Below, in pieces: positions 9,406-18,732 of a stretch of 64,000 bases of DNA (its first letter is position 1; each line of letters begins with the position of its first letter). The notes beneath the pieces were generated by a model, which saw only the letters and a program-made list of their open reading frames with translations, was not told where the DNA came from and did no database searches. The position numbers and the translations under genes were made by a program. The stretch is from Verrucomicrobiaceae bacterium (GTDB taxonomy: Bacteria > Verrucomicrobiota > Verrucomicrobiia > Verrucomicrobiales > Akkermansiaceae). The stretch covers positions 1-64,000 of the forward strand of contig JBPOGH010000004.1 of assembly GCA_051252135.1 (NCBI GenBank), given 5' to 3'.

Positions 9406-11562
9406 TTACTTTTCCTCGAAGGAGTGGAAGAAGCGGTCGAAGACGTCGGGGAAATGTTCTTTGAGGGCTTGGGCCCATTCGGCGGGTTGGCCGAGGTTGA
9501 GGGAGCCTTGGGGGCCGGTGATGTCATCGAGGTGGATGGTTTCGGGGAGGTCGGTGGCCCAGGGGTTTTTCCATCGGAAGGTGGCGGTGTGGTTGCCGTG
9601 GTGCCAGGCCATGGAGATGCCGGTGATGCCGGTGAGGGGGGTGATGCAGACCTGGGTGGCTTCCCGGGTGGCGGGTTGGAGGAGGGAGCGGCCGGGGAGG
9701 TGGGCGTAGGTTTCGGGCGGGTAGCCGAGTTGGTCGAGGAGGGAGGGGAGGAGGTCGAGGTGGGAGGCGCTGGGGTGGGCGGGGATGTCGGGGGTGCCGG
9801 CGGGCCATTTGATGAAAATGGGGACTTCGGTCTGGGGGGATTCGAGGGAGGAGCAGTGGAACCAGGAGCCGTGCTCGTGGAATTCCTCGCCGTGGTCTCC
9901 GGTGATGATGATGATGGCGTTGTCGTAGCGGCCCTGGGCTTTGAGTTCGGTGACGAAGTCGGCGATGAGGTGGTCGGTCCAGGCGAGGGCGTTGAAGTAG
10001 CGGTTTTTGACGCGTTGGATGTCGTCGGCCGTGGGGTAGGCGTGGAAGGCGGGGCGGGGGTCGTGCTGGGAGTAGGGGACGGGGAAGTCGGCGGGCCATT
10101 CGTATTCGAAGTGGGGGGCGTCGAGGGAGAGGAAGTGGAAGTTGCCGCCGAGGGGGGCGGTGCGGAGGGCTTCGAGGGAGCGCCGGATCATGGCGCGCTC
10201 GCGCTCGGGTTGGTCGGGGCCGGCGAAGGGGCTGTTGGGGCCGGCGTCCTCGAGGAGGTCGACGCCGGAGGGTGAGCCGAAGTTGGTGGTGGCCATGCCG
10301 GCGTAGGAGAAGTCACAGACGCCGCGGATTTCGGTTTGGTAGTCGGCTTTTTCGAGAAGCTCGATCCAGGTGGAGATGGGGAGGGATTGGCCGGCGCGGT
10401 CGCGGTCGATGGCGGTGCCCCAGTAGTTGGGGTTTTGGCCGGAGAAGCAGGAATACCAGGAGAGGTGGGTGGCGTTTGAAGCGGCCCAGGTGCGGCCGAG
10501 TTGCTGGGCTTCGGTATCCCGGAATTTTGCGAGGAAGGGGGTGTGGGCGGGGGCGATGGCATCGGAGCGGGTGCTCTCGATCATGAAGAAGAAGATGTCG
10601 GGTCGGGAGGTGGGGGTGGTGGTGATTTGCGGTCTGATTTCGGGTTTCCAGGTGGCGTGGAAGGAGGCGACGCCGGGTCGGGGTTTGATGGGGGTGAGGT
10701 GGATGTTGTAGGTGTTTTGTTCCTGCTGGAGGGCTTTGCGGGATTTCCAGGAGAAGCCGGTGGCTTTTTCGGCGGCGATGCCGATCCAGACGAGGGTGAG
10801 GAGGAGGAGGATGGAGCGGGGGCGGAAGTGGAAGCGGGAGGGGGCGATTTTTTGGGAGAGTCGGTTGGAGGCGAAGGTGAGGCCGCAGAGGAAGAGGAGG
10901 AAGAGGAGGATGCCGGTGACGACGAGTGCGGGTGATTGATCGAAGCCTCCGGCGGAGAGTTGTTGGGCGAGGTTGAAGGTGCCGTCTTCATCGATCTTAT
11001 TGACCATGAAGCGGAGGGAGTTTTTCCAGAAGATGATGCCGAGGGCATCGGCGGCGAGGAAGCCGGGGAAGATGGAGGGGATGATCCAGGGGGCGAATCG
11101 GAGGCGGGTGGGGGTGGCGAGGCTGGCGATGTGGGCGACGAGCCAGAGGAGGGAGAGGACGACGAAGGCGGTGAGGATGCGTCCGAGGCAGGCGGAGACG
11201 AGCTCGGGGGTGGTGAAGGGGAGGTTGAAGAGGAGGAGGATGTTGTGGGTGGCGTAGATGAGGAGGGTGATGAGGAACCAGGTCCAGTTGAGGCGGATGG
11301 GTTCTTTGAACCAGGAGCGGACGACGGTGATGGGGTTGACGCGGCAGACGAGGAACCAGAGCCATCCGCCGAGGGTGGCGCCGACGAGGAAGTGTCGGGC
11401 GGCGATGACGAGGTTATCGGCGAAGCGGCCGGGCTCGAGGATCCAGGAGGCTCTCCATTCGGGGCGAATGAAGATGAGGAGGTAGGGGATGAGGGCGGTG
11501 AGAACGCCCACGGTCCAGAAGAGGACATGGCCGGGGCGGTTCTTGGCTGCGCTTAAAGTCAC
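9406..11562 (-). CDS. membrane-anchored sulfatase-like hydrolase/transferase (YejM/LTA synthase-like)
   Basis: multi-TM N-terminus, then IESTRSD, SNATHLS, DAPH, ITGDHGEEF, SHLDLLP alkaline phosphatase superfamily motifs. Confidence 0.8.
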   Translation of the reverse strand: MTLSAAKNRPGHVLFWTVGVLTALIPYLLIFIRPEWRASWILEPGRFADNLVIAARHFLVGATLGGWLWFLVCRVNPITVVRSWFKEPIRLNWTWFLITLLIYATHNILLLFNLPFTTPELVSACLGRILTAFVVLSLLWLVAHIASLATPTRLRFAPWIIPSIFPGFLAADALGIIFWKNSLRFMVNKIDEDGTFNLAQQLSAGGFDQSPALVVTGILLFLLFLCGLTFASNRLSQKIAPSRFHFRPRSILLLLTLVWIGIAAEKATGFSWKSRKALQQEQNTYNIHLTPIKPRPGVASFHATWKPEIRPQITTTPTSRPDIFFFMIESTRSDAIAPAHTPFLAKFRDTEAQQLGRTWAASNATHLSWYSCFSGQNPNYWGTAIDRDRAGQSLPISTWIELLEKADYQTEIRGVCDFSYAGMATTNFGSPSGVDLLEDAGPNSPFAGPDQPERERAMIRRSLEALRTAPLGGNFHFLSLDAPHFEYEWPADFPVPYSQHDPRPAFHAYPTADDIQRVKNRYFNALAWTDHLIADFVTELKAQGRYDNAIIIITGDHGEEFHEHGSWFHCSSLESPQTEVPIFIKWPAGTPDIPAHPSASHLDLLPSLLDQLGYPPETYAHLPGRSLLQPATREATQVCITPLTGITGISMAWHHGNHTATFRWKNPWATDLPETIHLDDITGPQGSLNLGQPAEWAQALKEHFPDVFDRFFHSFEEK

Positions 11563-11615
11563 GGGGCGCGGAAGATGGCGGAGTTGAGGGGAATTATCAA
11601 CTCATTCGGGGTGGA

Positions 11616-11840
11616 GGCTTTTGGCTTTTGGCGGTTGGCTTTTGGCGTTCCTGGTTGGGGAGTTTTTAACCGCCGATGGACAAGATGGAGAGGATGGCTT
11701 GGTTGGGGGGGGTGACCACAGGAAGCGCAGAATATCAGAAACTAGGATGAGGAGGATGAGGGGCTTGGTTGAGGGGGGATACGGAGATCGGCCTTCCTTG
11801 GGCTTGGATGGGGGGAAGCGGACAGGAATGTCCGCTCTCC
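11616..11840 (+). repeat. intergenic mosaic array 2
   Basis: GGCTTTT heptamers; AACCGCCGATGGACAAGATGG; ACCACAGGAAGCGCAGAA; ATACGGAGATCGGCCTTCC; REP-like AGCGGACAGGAATGTCCGCTCTCC; separated by CTGGTTGGGG/GGCTTGGTTG-type linkers at 11651, 11696, 11762, 11801. Confidence 0.85.
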
Positions 11841-11851
11841 TTATTGGGGGG

Positions 11852-12373
11852 TTATTTTTCGAAGACGAGGAATTTTCGGCAGACGAAATTGACGAGGGCG
11901 GAGGAGAGGACGAAGGAGAGGTGGGCGATCTGGTTGGGGACGTTGAGGGAGTTGATGAGCCAGATGGGGAGGATTTCGCCGAGGGAAAAGCTGATGAAGG
12001 AGATGAGGGTGAAGAGGGAGATTTCCTTACGGGCGGAGTGGCGGCCGGGGGTGAAGACGAGCCAGCGGTTGAGGGCGTAGGCGGCGAAGTTCGACGGGAG
12101 GAAGGCGGCGAAGTGGAGGAAGATGATGTTCTTTGCGCGCTCAGCGGGAGCGAGGTCGAGCGAGAAGGACGCGGGGAAGAGGAGTTGCCCGAGATTGGCA
12201 ACGATGAGGAAGACGATGACCGAGGCGACCCCGCAGGCTCCGTATTTTCCAAACTGGATGAGGAAGGGGGTGTCCCTGCTCAGAAGGGTGGTGCGGAGGC
12301 CCTGGGTGCGGAAGTATTGCCAGGCTTTGGCGATCTCGCGTGTAAGGAAGCACTGATCAAAGCGGAAGCTCAC
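11852..12373 (-). CDS. GtrA family protein
   Basis: QFGKYGACG, YALNRWLVF, VNFVCRKFLVF; 4 TM; the apparent GTG start lies inside MITE copy 1. Confidence 0.85.
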   Translation of the reverse strand: MSFRFDQCFLTREIAKAWQYFRTQGLRTTLLSRDTPFLIQFGKYGACGVASVIVFLIVANLGQLLFPASFSLDLAPAERAKNIIFLHFAAFLPSNFAAYALNRWLVFTPGRHSARKEISLFTLISFISFSLGEILPIWLINSLNVPNQIAHLSFVLSSALVNFVCRKFLVFEK

Positions 12374-12516
12374 TGGAGTTATCTTTTTTGGGGAATTGAG
12401 TTGGGAAGCTTCGCTTCCGGCGGAAATGGGGCTGCAGCCCTTTTAAATTCTGGCGGCATTGCTCAGACTTTAAAATGACTTGCAGCAGCGAACTCCCCCT
12501 TCAATCAGCGCTTCCT
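12345..12516. mobile_element. MITE copy 1 (internally deleted)
   Basis: TIRs AGGAAGCACTGATCAAAG / CTTCAATCAGCGCTTCCT, TA on both flanks (12343-44, 12517-18); interior homologous to 62140-62350. Confidence 0.85.
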
Positions 12517-12519
12517 TAA

Positions 12520-13431
12520 TTATGAGCGCAAGGAATCGTAGGGATCGATGCGGGCGAGGACGGCCTTTTGGGCGTGGAGGCGGTTCTCGGCCTGCTGGAA
12601 GATGGTGTCCGAGTGGAGCTCGAGGGTGTCGGCGGCGATCTCCTTGCCACGATAGGCGGGGAGGCAGTGGAGGACGATGTGGCCGGGTGCGCTCTGGCTG
12701 AGGAGGTCGGCATTGACCTGGAACTCGCTGAAGAGGGCTTCCTTTTCGGTCTGGTCTTCCTGGCCCATGGAGAGCCAGACGTCGGTGTTGATGACGTGGG
12801 CGTCTTTGGCGGCCCCGGCGGGGTCGGTGGTGAGGGAGACGTTGGGGGCGTTGAGGCGCTTCATGAAGTCCTCGGGAGGAAGGCAGGAGGGTGGGGCGGC
12901 GACGACGAGCTCGAAGCCGAGGTATTTGGCGGCCCACATCCAGGAGCGTGACATGTTGTTATCGCCGTCGCCGATGAAGGCGATTTTTTTGCCGTCCCAG
13001 GTGCCGAACTTTTCCTTGATGGTGAGGAGGTCGGCGAGGATTTGGCAGGGGTGCTCCTCATCGGTGAGGGCATTGATGGTGGGGATGTGTGCGAAGTGGG
13101 CGAAGTCGACGACGTCCTGTTGCGAGTAGGTGCGGATGACGGCACCGTGGACCATGCGGCCCATGACGCGGGCGGTGTCCTTGATGTCCTCGCCCCGGCC
13201 GAGCTGGATATCGTCTTTGGAGAGGAACATGACGTTGCCTCCGAGCTCGCGGATGCCGACCTCGAAGGAGACGCGGGTGCGGGTGGAGGCTTTGGAGAAG
13301 ATGAGGGCCCAGGTTTGTCCGGCGAGCGGCTGGGTTTTGTGTGCGCCGCGGGTGGCTTTCATTTCGACGGCGAGGTCGACAAGGGAGTTGAGCTGGACGG
13401 AGCTGGATTCTTCGATGGAGAGGAGGTGCAT
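12520..13431 (-). CDS. argF: ornithine carbamoyltransferase
   Basis: STRTRVSFE, HPCQILADL, WLSMG, HCLP, QAENR motifs. Confidence 0.97.
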   Translation of the reverse strand: MHLLSIEESSSVQLNSLVDLAVEMKATRGAHKTQPLAGQTWALIFSKASTRTRVSFEVGIRELGGNVMFLSKDDIQLGRGEDIKDTARVMGRMVHGAVIRTYSQQDVVDFAHFAHIPTINALTDEEHPCQILADLLTIKEKFGTWDGKKIAFIGDGDNNMSRSWMWAAKYLGFELVVAAPPSCLPPEDFMKRLNAPNVSLTTDPAGAAKDAHVINTDVWLSMGQEDQTEKEALFSEFQVNADLLSQSAPGHIVLHCLPAYRGKEIAADTLELHSDTIFQQAENRLHAQKAVLARIDPYDSLRS

Positions 13432-13573
13432 GGCGAAAGGAGTAAAGGGAGATGTTAGAGGATAGCGGTGCGATGTTCAAGAATTGTGTTTCTCATGAGA
13501 AGGGAGATTTTGGTTCCTGAGAAATTGGGGCTGCGAAGAGGAGGGAAGGAGGGTAGGCTGGGGAATCGGCCCC

Positions 13574-16500
13574 ATGAAGCAGCTTCTCTTTTTCCTGATT
13601 CTCCTGATGTGTTCTTCGGCATGCGGGTTGATGGAAGATGGGCCGTTGATTATCAGTGATCGGGGTCGGGAGGGGCGGTATCGGGTGGCGCTGGATGAGC
13701 TGGAGCATTATCCGGCGGACGGGGGGGTGGCGCGGCGGTATAAGCTTGAGGAGCAGGGATCGGCGGGGGAATTGGCAGGGGAGATTGAGCGCCTGGAGGA
13801 AAATGGGGGAGGGCGGTATGATTTGGTGGTTTATCCGTTTGGGGAGAAGAGGGGGAAGTGGAATCGGCGGGTGCTGACGCGGAAGGTCCTGGTGGCGTAT
13901 GCCGAGGGGGTTGATTTGGAGGCTGTTAGGGTGCGGGTGGGCGCCGATGGGGTGGAGGTTCCGGGCTATGCGCCGGGGTGGGCGATTTTTGATTTTGAGG
14001 AGGCCGGAGAGGTGCTGGAGGGGTTGGGATTGCTTCGTGGTGAGGCGGGGGTGGTGAGTGCGGATCCTTTGTTGGGGCGGAAGTTTGAGAAGAAGTTTGT
14101 GCCGAATGATCCACGGTATGCCTATGGGGCGGGGAACAACCGTTACCAGTGGCATTTAAAGAATACGGGGCAGAATGGCGGGGTTGCGGGGATTGATGCG
14201 AATCTGGAGTCGGTGTGGGATTTTTACAAAGGTGCGGGGATTCGGATTGCGATTGTGGATGACGGGCTGGAGGTCACGCATCCGGATCTGGCGGCGAATG
14301 TGGATACGGCAATTGATCACGACTGGAATGACGGGACGCCGGATGATCCGACGCCGACGACGGCCTTTGATGATCACGGGACTTCGGTGGCGGGGGTGGC
14401 GGCGGCGCGAGGGAACAACGGCATCGGGGTGAGCGGGGTGGCTCCGGAGGCAACTCTGGTGGGGCTGCGGCTGATTTCCGGGAGTCCGACGGACATTGAT
14501 GAGGCGGAGGCGATGGGGTGGAGGAACGATGTCATTCAGGTGAAGAACAACAGCTGGGGTCCGCCGGACTCGCAATCGACTCTGGATGGATCGGGGCCGT
14601 TGTTTAAGGCGGCCTTGAAGCATTCGGTGGAGACGGGGCGGGGTGGTTTGGGGACGCTGCATTTTTGGGCGGCGGGGAATGGATACTCGGGTGACAATGT
14701 GAACTTCGACGGGTATGCGAATTCGATTTACACGATTGCGATTGGAGCGGTGGATGATCAGGGGCGGCGGGCGGATTATTCCGAGCCGGGTGCGGCGAAG
14801 GTGGTGTCGACGCCATCGGACGGCGGCGGGCAGGGGGTGACGACGACGACGCTGACGCAAGGGGGGACGTATACTGATTTTTTTGGTGGGACGTCATCGG
14901 CGACTCCACTGGCGTCGGGGGTGGGGGCGTTGATGCTGGAAGCGAATCCGAACCTGGGATGGCGGGATGTGCAGGAGGTGTTGATCCGGTCGGCGAAGAG
15001 GATCAATCCGGGGCAATCGGGCTGGGTGACGAACGGGGCGGGGCTAGCGTTTCACCATGATTACGGGGCAGGGTTAATTGATGCGCAGGCGGCGGTGGAT
15101 CAGGCGGCGACGTGGACGAATTTGCCGGCGCAGGAGGTGCTGGCTCCGGCGGCGCAGGTGGTGAATCTGGCGATCCCCGACGGGGTGGCGACGGGGATTG
15201 TTTCGAGCTTCAATCTATCGGCCTTGTCGCCGCTGCGGGTGGAGCACGTGACGGTGACGGTGAAGATTTCCCATCCCAACAGGGGGCAGCTGAAGGTTTC
15301 GCTGATTTCGCCGAGCGGGACGGAGAGTTTTCTGGCGATGCCCCATACGGGGGCGGGGGCGAATTTTGACAACTGGACGATGATGACGGTGCACAATTGG
15401 GGTGAGACCTCGCAGGGCATCTGGACGCTCAAGGTGGTGGACGGGACGGGCGGATCCACCGGAGTGCTTCAAAATGCCTCGATCAAGGTGTATGGATCGA
15501 CGACGGCTCCGATCAGCGATCCTCCGGTGTTTAGCCATGCAGGAACGGCCAGCGGGAATGTGGGGGAGGTGTTCAACTTTCCGGTGCGGGCGACGAATGC
15601 GCCGACGTCTTATGTGGCGACGGGATTGCCGCCGGGGTTGACGCTGGACGGGTTGACCGGATTGATTCGGGGGACGCCGAGCGGGGAAGGTGTTTTCAAT
15701 GTGGGGCTTGAGGCGAGCAACGCGATTGGGACGACGATGGGCTCGGTGGAGATCACGATCGGGGCGCGGATTCCCAAGCCTCCGGAGATCGAGGTGGCGG
15801 GGGTGATCTCGGTGATTCGGGATCGGCCGTTCAGCTATCAGATTTCGGCGACGAACGCGCCGACGGGTTATGGGGCGGCTCCTCTGCCGGAGGGGTTGGT
15901 GTTGAATGCGGCGACGGGTCGGATTACGGGAACTCCGACGGTGGCGGGGGTGACGACGACGACACTAACGGTCAGTAATTTGGACGGGAGTGATTCGGCG
16001 GAGGTTCTCTTCCGGGTGCTCAGTCCCGGGGTGGATCCCTTGGGGCAGGGGCTGGATAATGAGGACTTTGTTTTTGAGAACACGGGAGATGTGTTGTGGG
16101 CTCTGCAGTCGACTGAGTTTGTGAATGACGGGGACGCGCTGGTGACGGGAGTGGTCGACGATGGTGAGGATGCGGTGTTTTCGATGGAGGTGACGGGTCC
16201 GGGGTTTTTGCAGTTTTGGTGGAAGGTCTCGAGTGAGGAAAACTACGATGTGCTGGAGGTGTTGGTGGATGGCCAGCAGCAGGCCTCGATCAGCGGGGAG
16301 GTGGATTGGATTCGGCGATCGGTGGCGGTGCCCGCCGGGAGCCACGTGGTGAGCTGGAGTTACTCGAAGGATGGATCGGATGATGATGGATCGGACGAGG
16401 GGTGGGTGGATCAGTTGGAGTTTACGCCGGGTGAGGTGTTTCGGCCGTTGGGTCAGGCGCTTGATTATCCGGGGCTGAATTGGAAGACGAAGGGGAAATG

Positions 16501-17227
16501 GGTGGGGCAGATATTGGAGACGCAAGATGGAGAGGATGCGGCGCAGTCGCCGGATGTGGCAAACAATGGGGACGCTACGCTATCGGTTGATTTGGTGGGT
16601 CCGGGGAGTTTTTCATTTTATTACCGGTGTGAGTCCGAGGAGGACTACGATCTTTTCATTGTGCAGTTGGACAATGCCGAGATTCTTTCGACGAGTGGTC
16701 AGGTGGAATGGACGCGGCGGACGATTGAGATACCGGCGGGATCGCACAGCTTGAGTTGGGCGTATCGAAAAGATGACAGTGTGTCCGCGGGGGCGGACGG
16801 GGTGTGGATTGATCAGGTGGTCTGGGAACCGGAGGGGATCTCCGGGTTTTCGCAGTGGCGGAATTTGAATTTTTCGCCGGATGAGCAACTGGAAGGAGGC
16901 GTTGGGGGGAGGGATGGTGATCCGGATGGCGACGGGCGGGAGAACCTGATGGAGTATGCGCTGGGATCGGATCCTTGGGTGGCCGGGAGCGATAATGAGC
17001 CGGTGCTGACCGAGCTGGCGACGGCGGTGGTTTTTGATTTTTCGGTGGATTCGGGAAAGGATGATTTGGTCTATGTGGCGGAGGTGTCCGGGGATTTGGC
17101 GGGGTGGGTTCCGGTGTCGTCGTCACTTGTTTCGGTGGTTGGGCCGGTTGAGCAGCGGCGGGTGGTGCGGTTGTTGGGAGCGGGGCGGGAGTTTCTTCGA
17201 TTGAGGGTCTCGCTGGAGGGGGAATGA
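13574..17227 (+). CDS. secreted kexin-like S8 serine protease with P-domain, Ig-like repeats and a duplicated beta-sandwich domain
   Basis: catalytic IVDDG, HGTSVAG, GTSSATP; WRDVQ; P-domain VEHVTV...GIWTLKV; GLPPGLTLD..TG.I.GTP repeats; two FWWKVSSEENYD-type repeats. Confidence 0.92.
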   Translation: MKQLLFFLILLMCSSACGLMEDGPLIISDRGREGRYRVALDELEHYPADGGVARRYKLEEQGSAGELAGEIERLEENGGGRYDLVVYPFGEKRGKWNRRVLTRKVLVAYAEGVDLEAVRVRVGADGVEVPGYAPGWAIFDFEEAGEVLEGLGLLRGEAGVVSADPLLGRKFEKKFVPNDPRYAYGAGNNRYQWHLKNTGQNGGVAGIDANLESVWDFYKGAGIRIAIVDDGLEVTHPDLAANVDTAIDHDWNDGTPDDPTPTTAFDDHGTSVAGVAAARGNNGIGVSGVAPEATLVGLRLISGSPTDIDEAEAMGWRNDVIQVKNNSWGPPDSQSTLDGSGPLFKAALKHSVETGRGGLGTLHFWAAGNGYSGDNVNFDGYANSIYTIAIGAVDDQGRRADYSEPGAAKVVSTPSDGGGQGVTTTTLTQGGTYTDFFGGTSSATPLASGVGALMLEANPNLGWRDVQEVLIRSAKRINPGQSGWVTNGAGLAFHHDYGAGLIDAQAAVDQAATWTNLPAQEVLAPAAQVVNLAIPDGVATGIVSSFNLSALSPLRVEHVTVTVKISHPNRGQLKVSLISPSGTESFLAMPHTGAGANFDNWTMMTVHNWGETSQGIWTLKVVDGTGGSTGVLQNASIKVYGSTTAPISDPPVFSHAGTASGNVGEVFNFPVRATNAPTSYVATGLPPGLTLDGLTGLIRGTPSGEGVFNVGLEASNAIGTTMGSVEITIGARIPKPPEIEVAGVISVIRDRPFSYQISATNAPTGYGAAPLPEGLVLNAATGRITGTPTVAGVTTTTLTVSNLDGSDSAEVLFRVLSPGVDPLGQGLDNEDFVFENTGDVLWALQSTEFVNDGDALVTGVVDDGEDAVFSMEVTGPGFLQFWWKVSSEENYDVLEVLVDGQQQASISGEVDWIRRSVAVPAGSHVVSWSYSKDGSDDDGSDEGWVDQLEFTPGEVFRPLGQALDYPGLNWKTKGKWVGQILETQDGEDAAQSPDVANNGDATLSVDLVGPGSFSFYYRCESEEDYDLFIVQLDNAEILSTSGQVEWTRRTIEIPAGSHSLSWAYRKDDSVSAGADGVWIDQVVWEPEGISGFSQWRNLNFSPDEQLEGGVGGRDGDPDGDGRENLMEYALGSDPWVAGSDNEPVLTELATAVVFDFSVDSGKDDLVYVAEVSGDLAGWVPVSSSLVSVVGPVEQRRVVRLLGAGREFLRLRVSLEGE

Positions 17228-17283
17228 TCTGGCCTTGCGGGGGGGCGGGCTTTGCGGCAGGTTCCACCGCAACAATCCAAGAC

Positions 17284-17967
17284 ATGCCTTCCCCGAGTAT
17301 TAATTTTTACAATGACGCCGTCGATGCCGTGCAAGCGGGTGACCTTTCTTCCGCCTTGAAAGCGGTGGAGAACTCCCTGACCGAGGACCCGAATGATCCG
17401 CAGACGTGGCAGCTTTATGCGGTGGTGCTGAATGCGATGGGAGAGACGGAGAAGGCGGAGAAGGCGATGACGAAGGTGAAGGAGCTGGGCTTGAGCGAGG
17501 TGGATGAGCTGTTGATGAAAGCGGCGGATGCGGCGGGCGCGGGCAAGCTGGGGGTGGCGATCACGCATTATGAGGATGCCCTGGAGCTGGAGCAGGGTCG
17601 CGGGGAGATTTACACGAGTTACGCCTTGGCCCTGATGGAGGAGAAATACACCGAGGATGCGCTGGAGGCTTCGGCGAAGGCGGTGGAGTTGTCGCCGGAC
17701 GATGCCTTTGCGCAGTATACGCGCGGGCGGATTTTACGTTTGAGCGGGAAGTTGGCGGAGGCGCGGGAGGCTCTCACGAAGGCGACCGAACTGGATGGGA
17801 ATTTGGTCCTGGCGGCTTATGAGCGGGGAATGGTGCTGGCGGAGACGGGTGCCCTGCCTGAGGCGCTGGATTGTTTTGAGAAGGTTCTCAGGGACAATCC
17901 CGAGGATGAGAATGCGGCGGAAGCGAAGGCGCTGATTCTGGCCAAGATGGAAGAGGACAAGAGCTAG
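17284..17967 (+). CDS. tetratricopeptide repeat protein
   Basis: repeated A...YE.AL.L.P helical TPR pattern; start ATG 17284. Confidence 0.88.
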   Translation: MPSPSINFYNDAVDAVQAGDLSSALKAVENSLTEDPNDPQTWQLYAVVLNAMGETEKAEKAMTKVKELGLSEVDELLMKAADAAGAGKLGVAITHYEDALELEQGRGEIYTSYALALMEEKYTEDALEASAKAVELSPDDAFAQYTRGRILRLSGKLAEAREALTKATELDGNLVLAAYERGMVLAETGALPEALDCFEKVLRDNPEDENAAEAKALILAKMEEDKS

Positions 17968-17982
17968 GGGCCTGACAGAGCC

Positions 17983-18594
17983 CTAGCCCTTGAAGAAGAT
18001 GATCACGCCGGCGATGACGCAGCCGACGAGATTGGCGATGAGGTCCCAGCCGGTGTTGTAGTACCCGCCGACGTTGGTGTTGGCGAGGTTGAGGACGGCG
18101 ATGAACTCGATGATTTCGTTGAGTGCTCCGAGGCCCATGCCACCGAAGACGGCGAGGAAGACGGGTCCGAGGGAGGGGTAGAGTTTACGATTGAAGCGGC
18201 TTTGGACATTGGCGCGGAGGGCTTCCCAGCAGAGCCAGGTGGTGACTCCGAAGCCGAAGGCGTGGACGAGGTGGTCGTATTTCAGGCGGTCTTCGATGAC
18301 CCACCAGGAGTAGAGGACGGAATGTTCGCCTTCGTAGGGCCAACCTTCGGGAAGTTGGACGAGGCCACCCGCGAGGTGGGCGGCTCCCCAGATGGCGAGG
18401 CACCAGAGGAGGGATTGGGGGAATCCGGACCGTTTGTGGATGAGGGTGACGAGGCCGAGGAAGACGAAGAAGAAGGGGATGTAAAAGCCGAGGAATTCCC
18501 AATTTTGTTGGGTGATGGCTGCACTGATGGCCGCGACCAGATACAGGGCGACCACGAGGAGGATGGTGCGGGGGATCCGGGTTTTGCGTTTCAT
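17983..18594 (-). CDS. DUF2238-like membrane protein
   Basis: YDHLVHAFGFG, GALNEIIEF, YYNTGWDL motifs. Confidence 0.75.
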   Translation of the reverse strand: MKRKTRIPRTILLVVALYLVAAISAAITQQNWEFLGFYIPFFFVFLGLVTLIHKRSGFPQSLLWCLAIWGAAHLAGGLVQLPEGWPYEGEHSVLYSWWVIEDRLKYDHLVHAFGFGVTTWLCWEALRANVQSRFNRKLYPSLGPVFLAVFGGMGLGALNEIIEFIAVLNLANTNVGGYYNTGWDLIANLVGCVIAGVIIFFKG

Positions 18595-18732
18595 CAGGGC
18601 CGCAGACTAAGAAGAGGGGAGCGAGAGGGCGAGGCCGAACTTTTCGGAGATTTTAGCGAACCGGGGGAGAGAGTTTGACATATTCAGGGGCGGGAATGAG
18701 TGTTTAGGCTGCATTCCAATCTTTTTACGATC

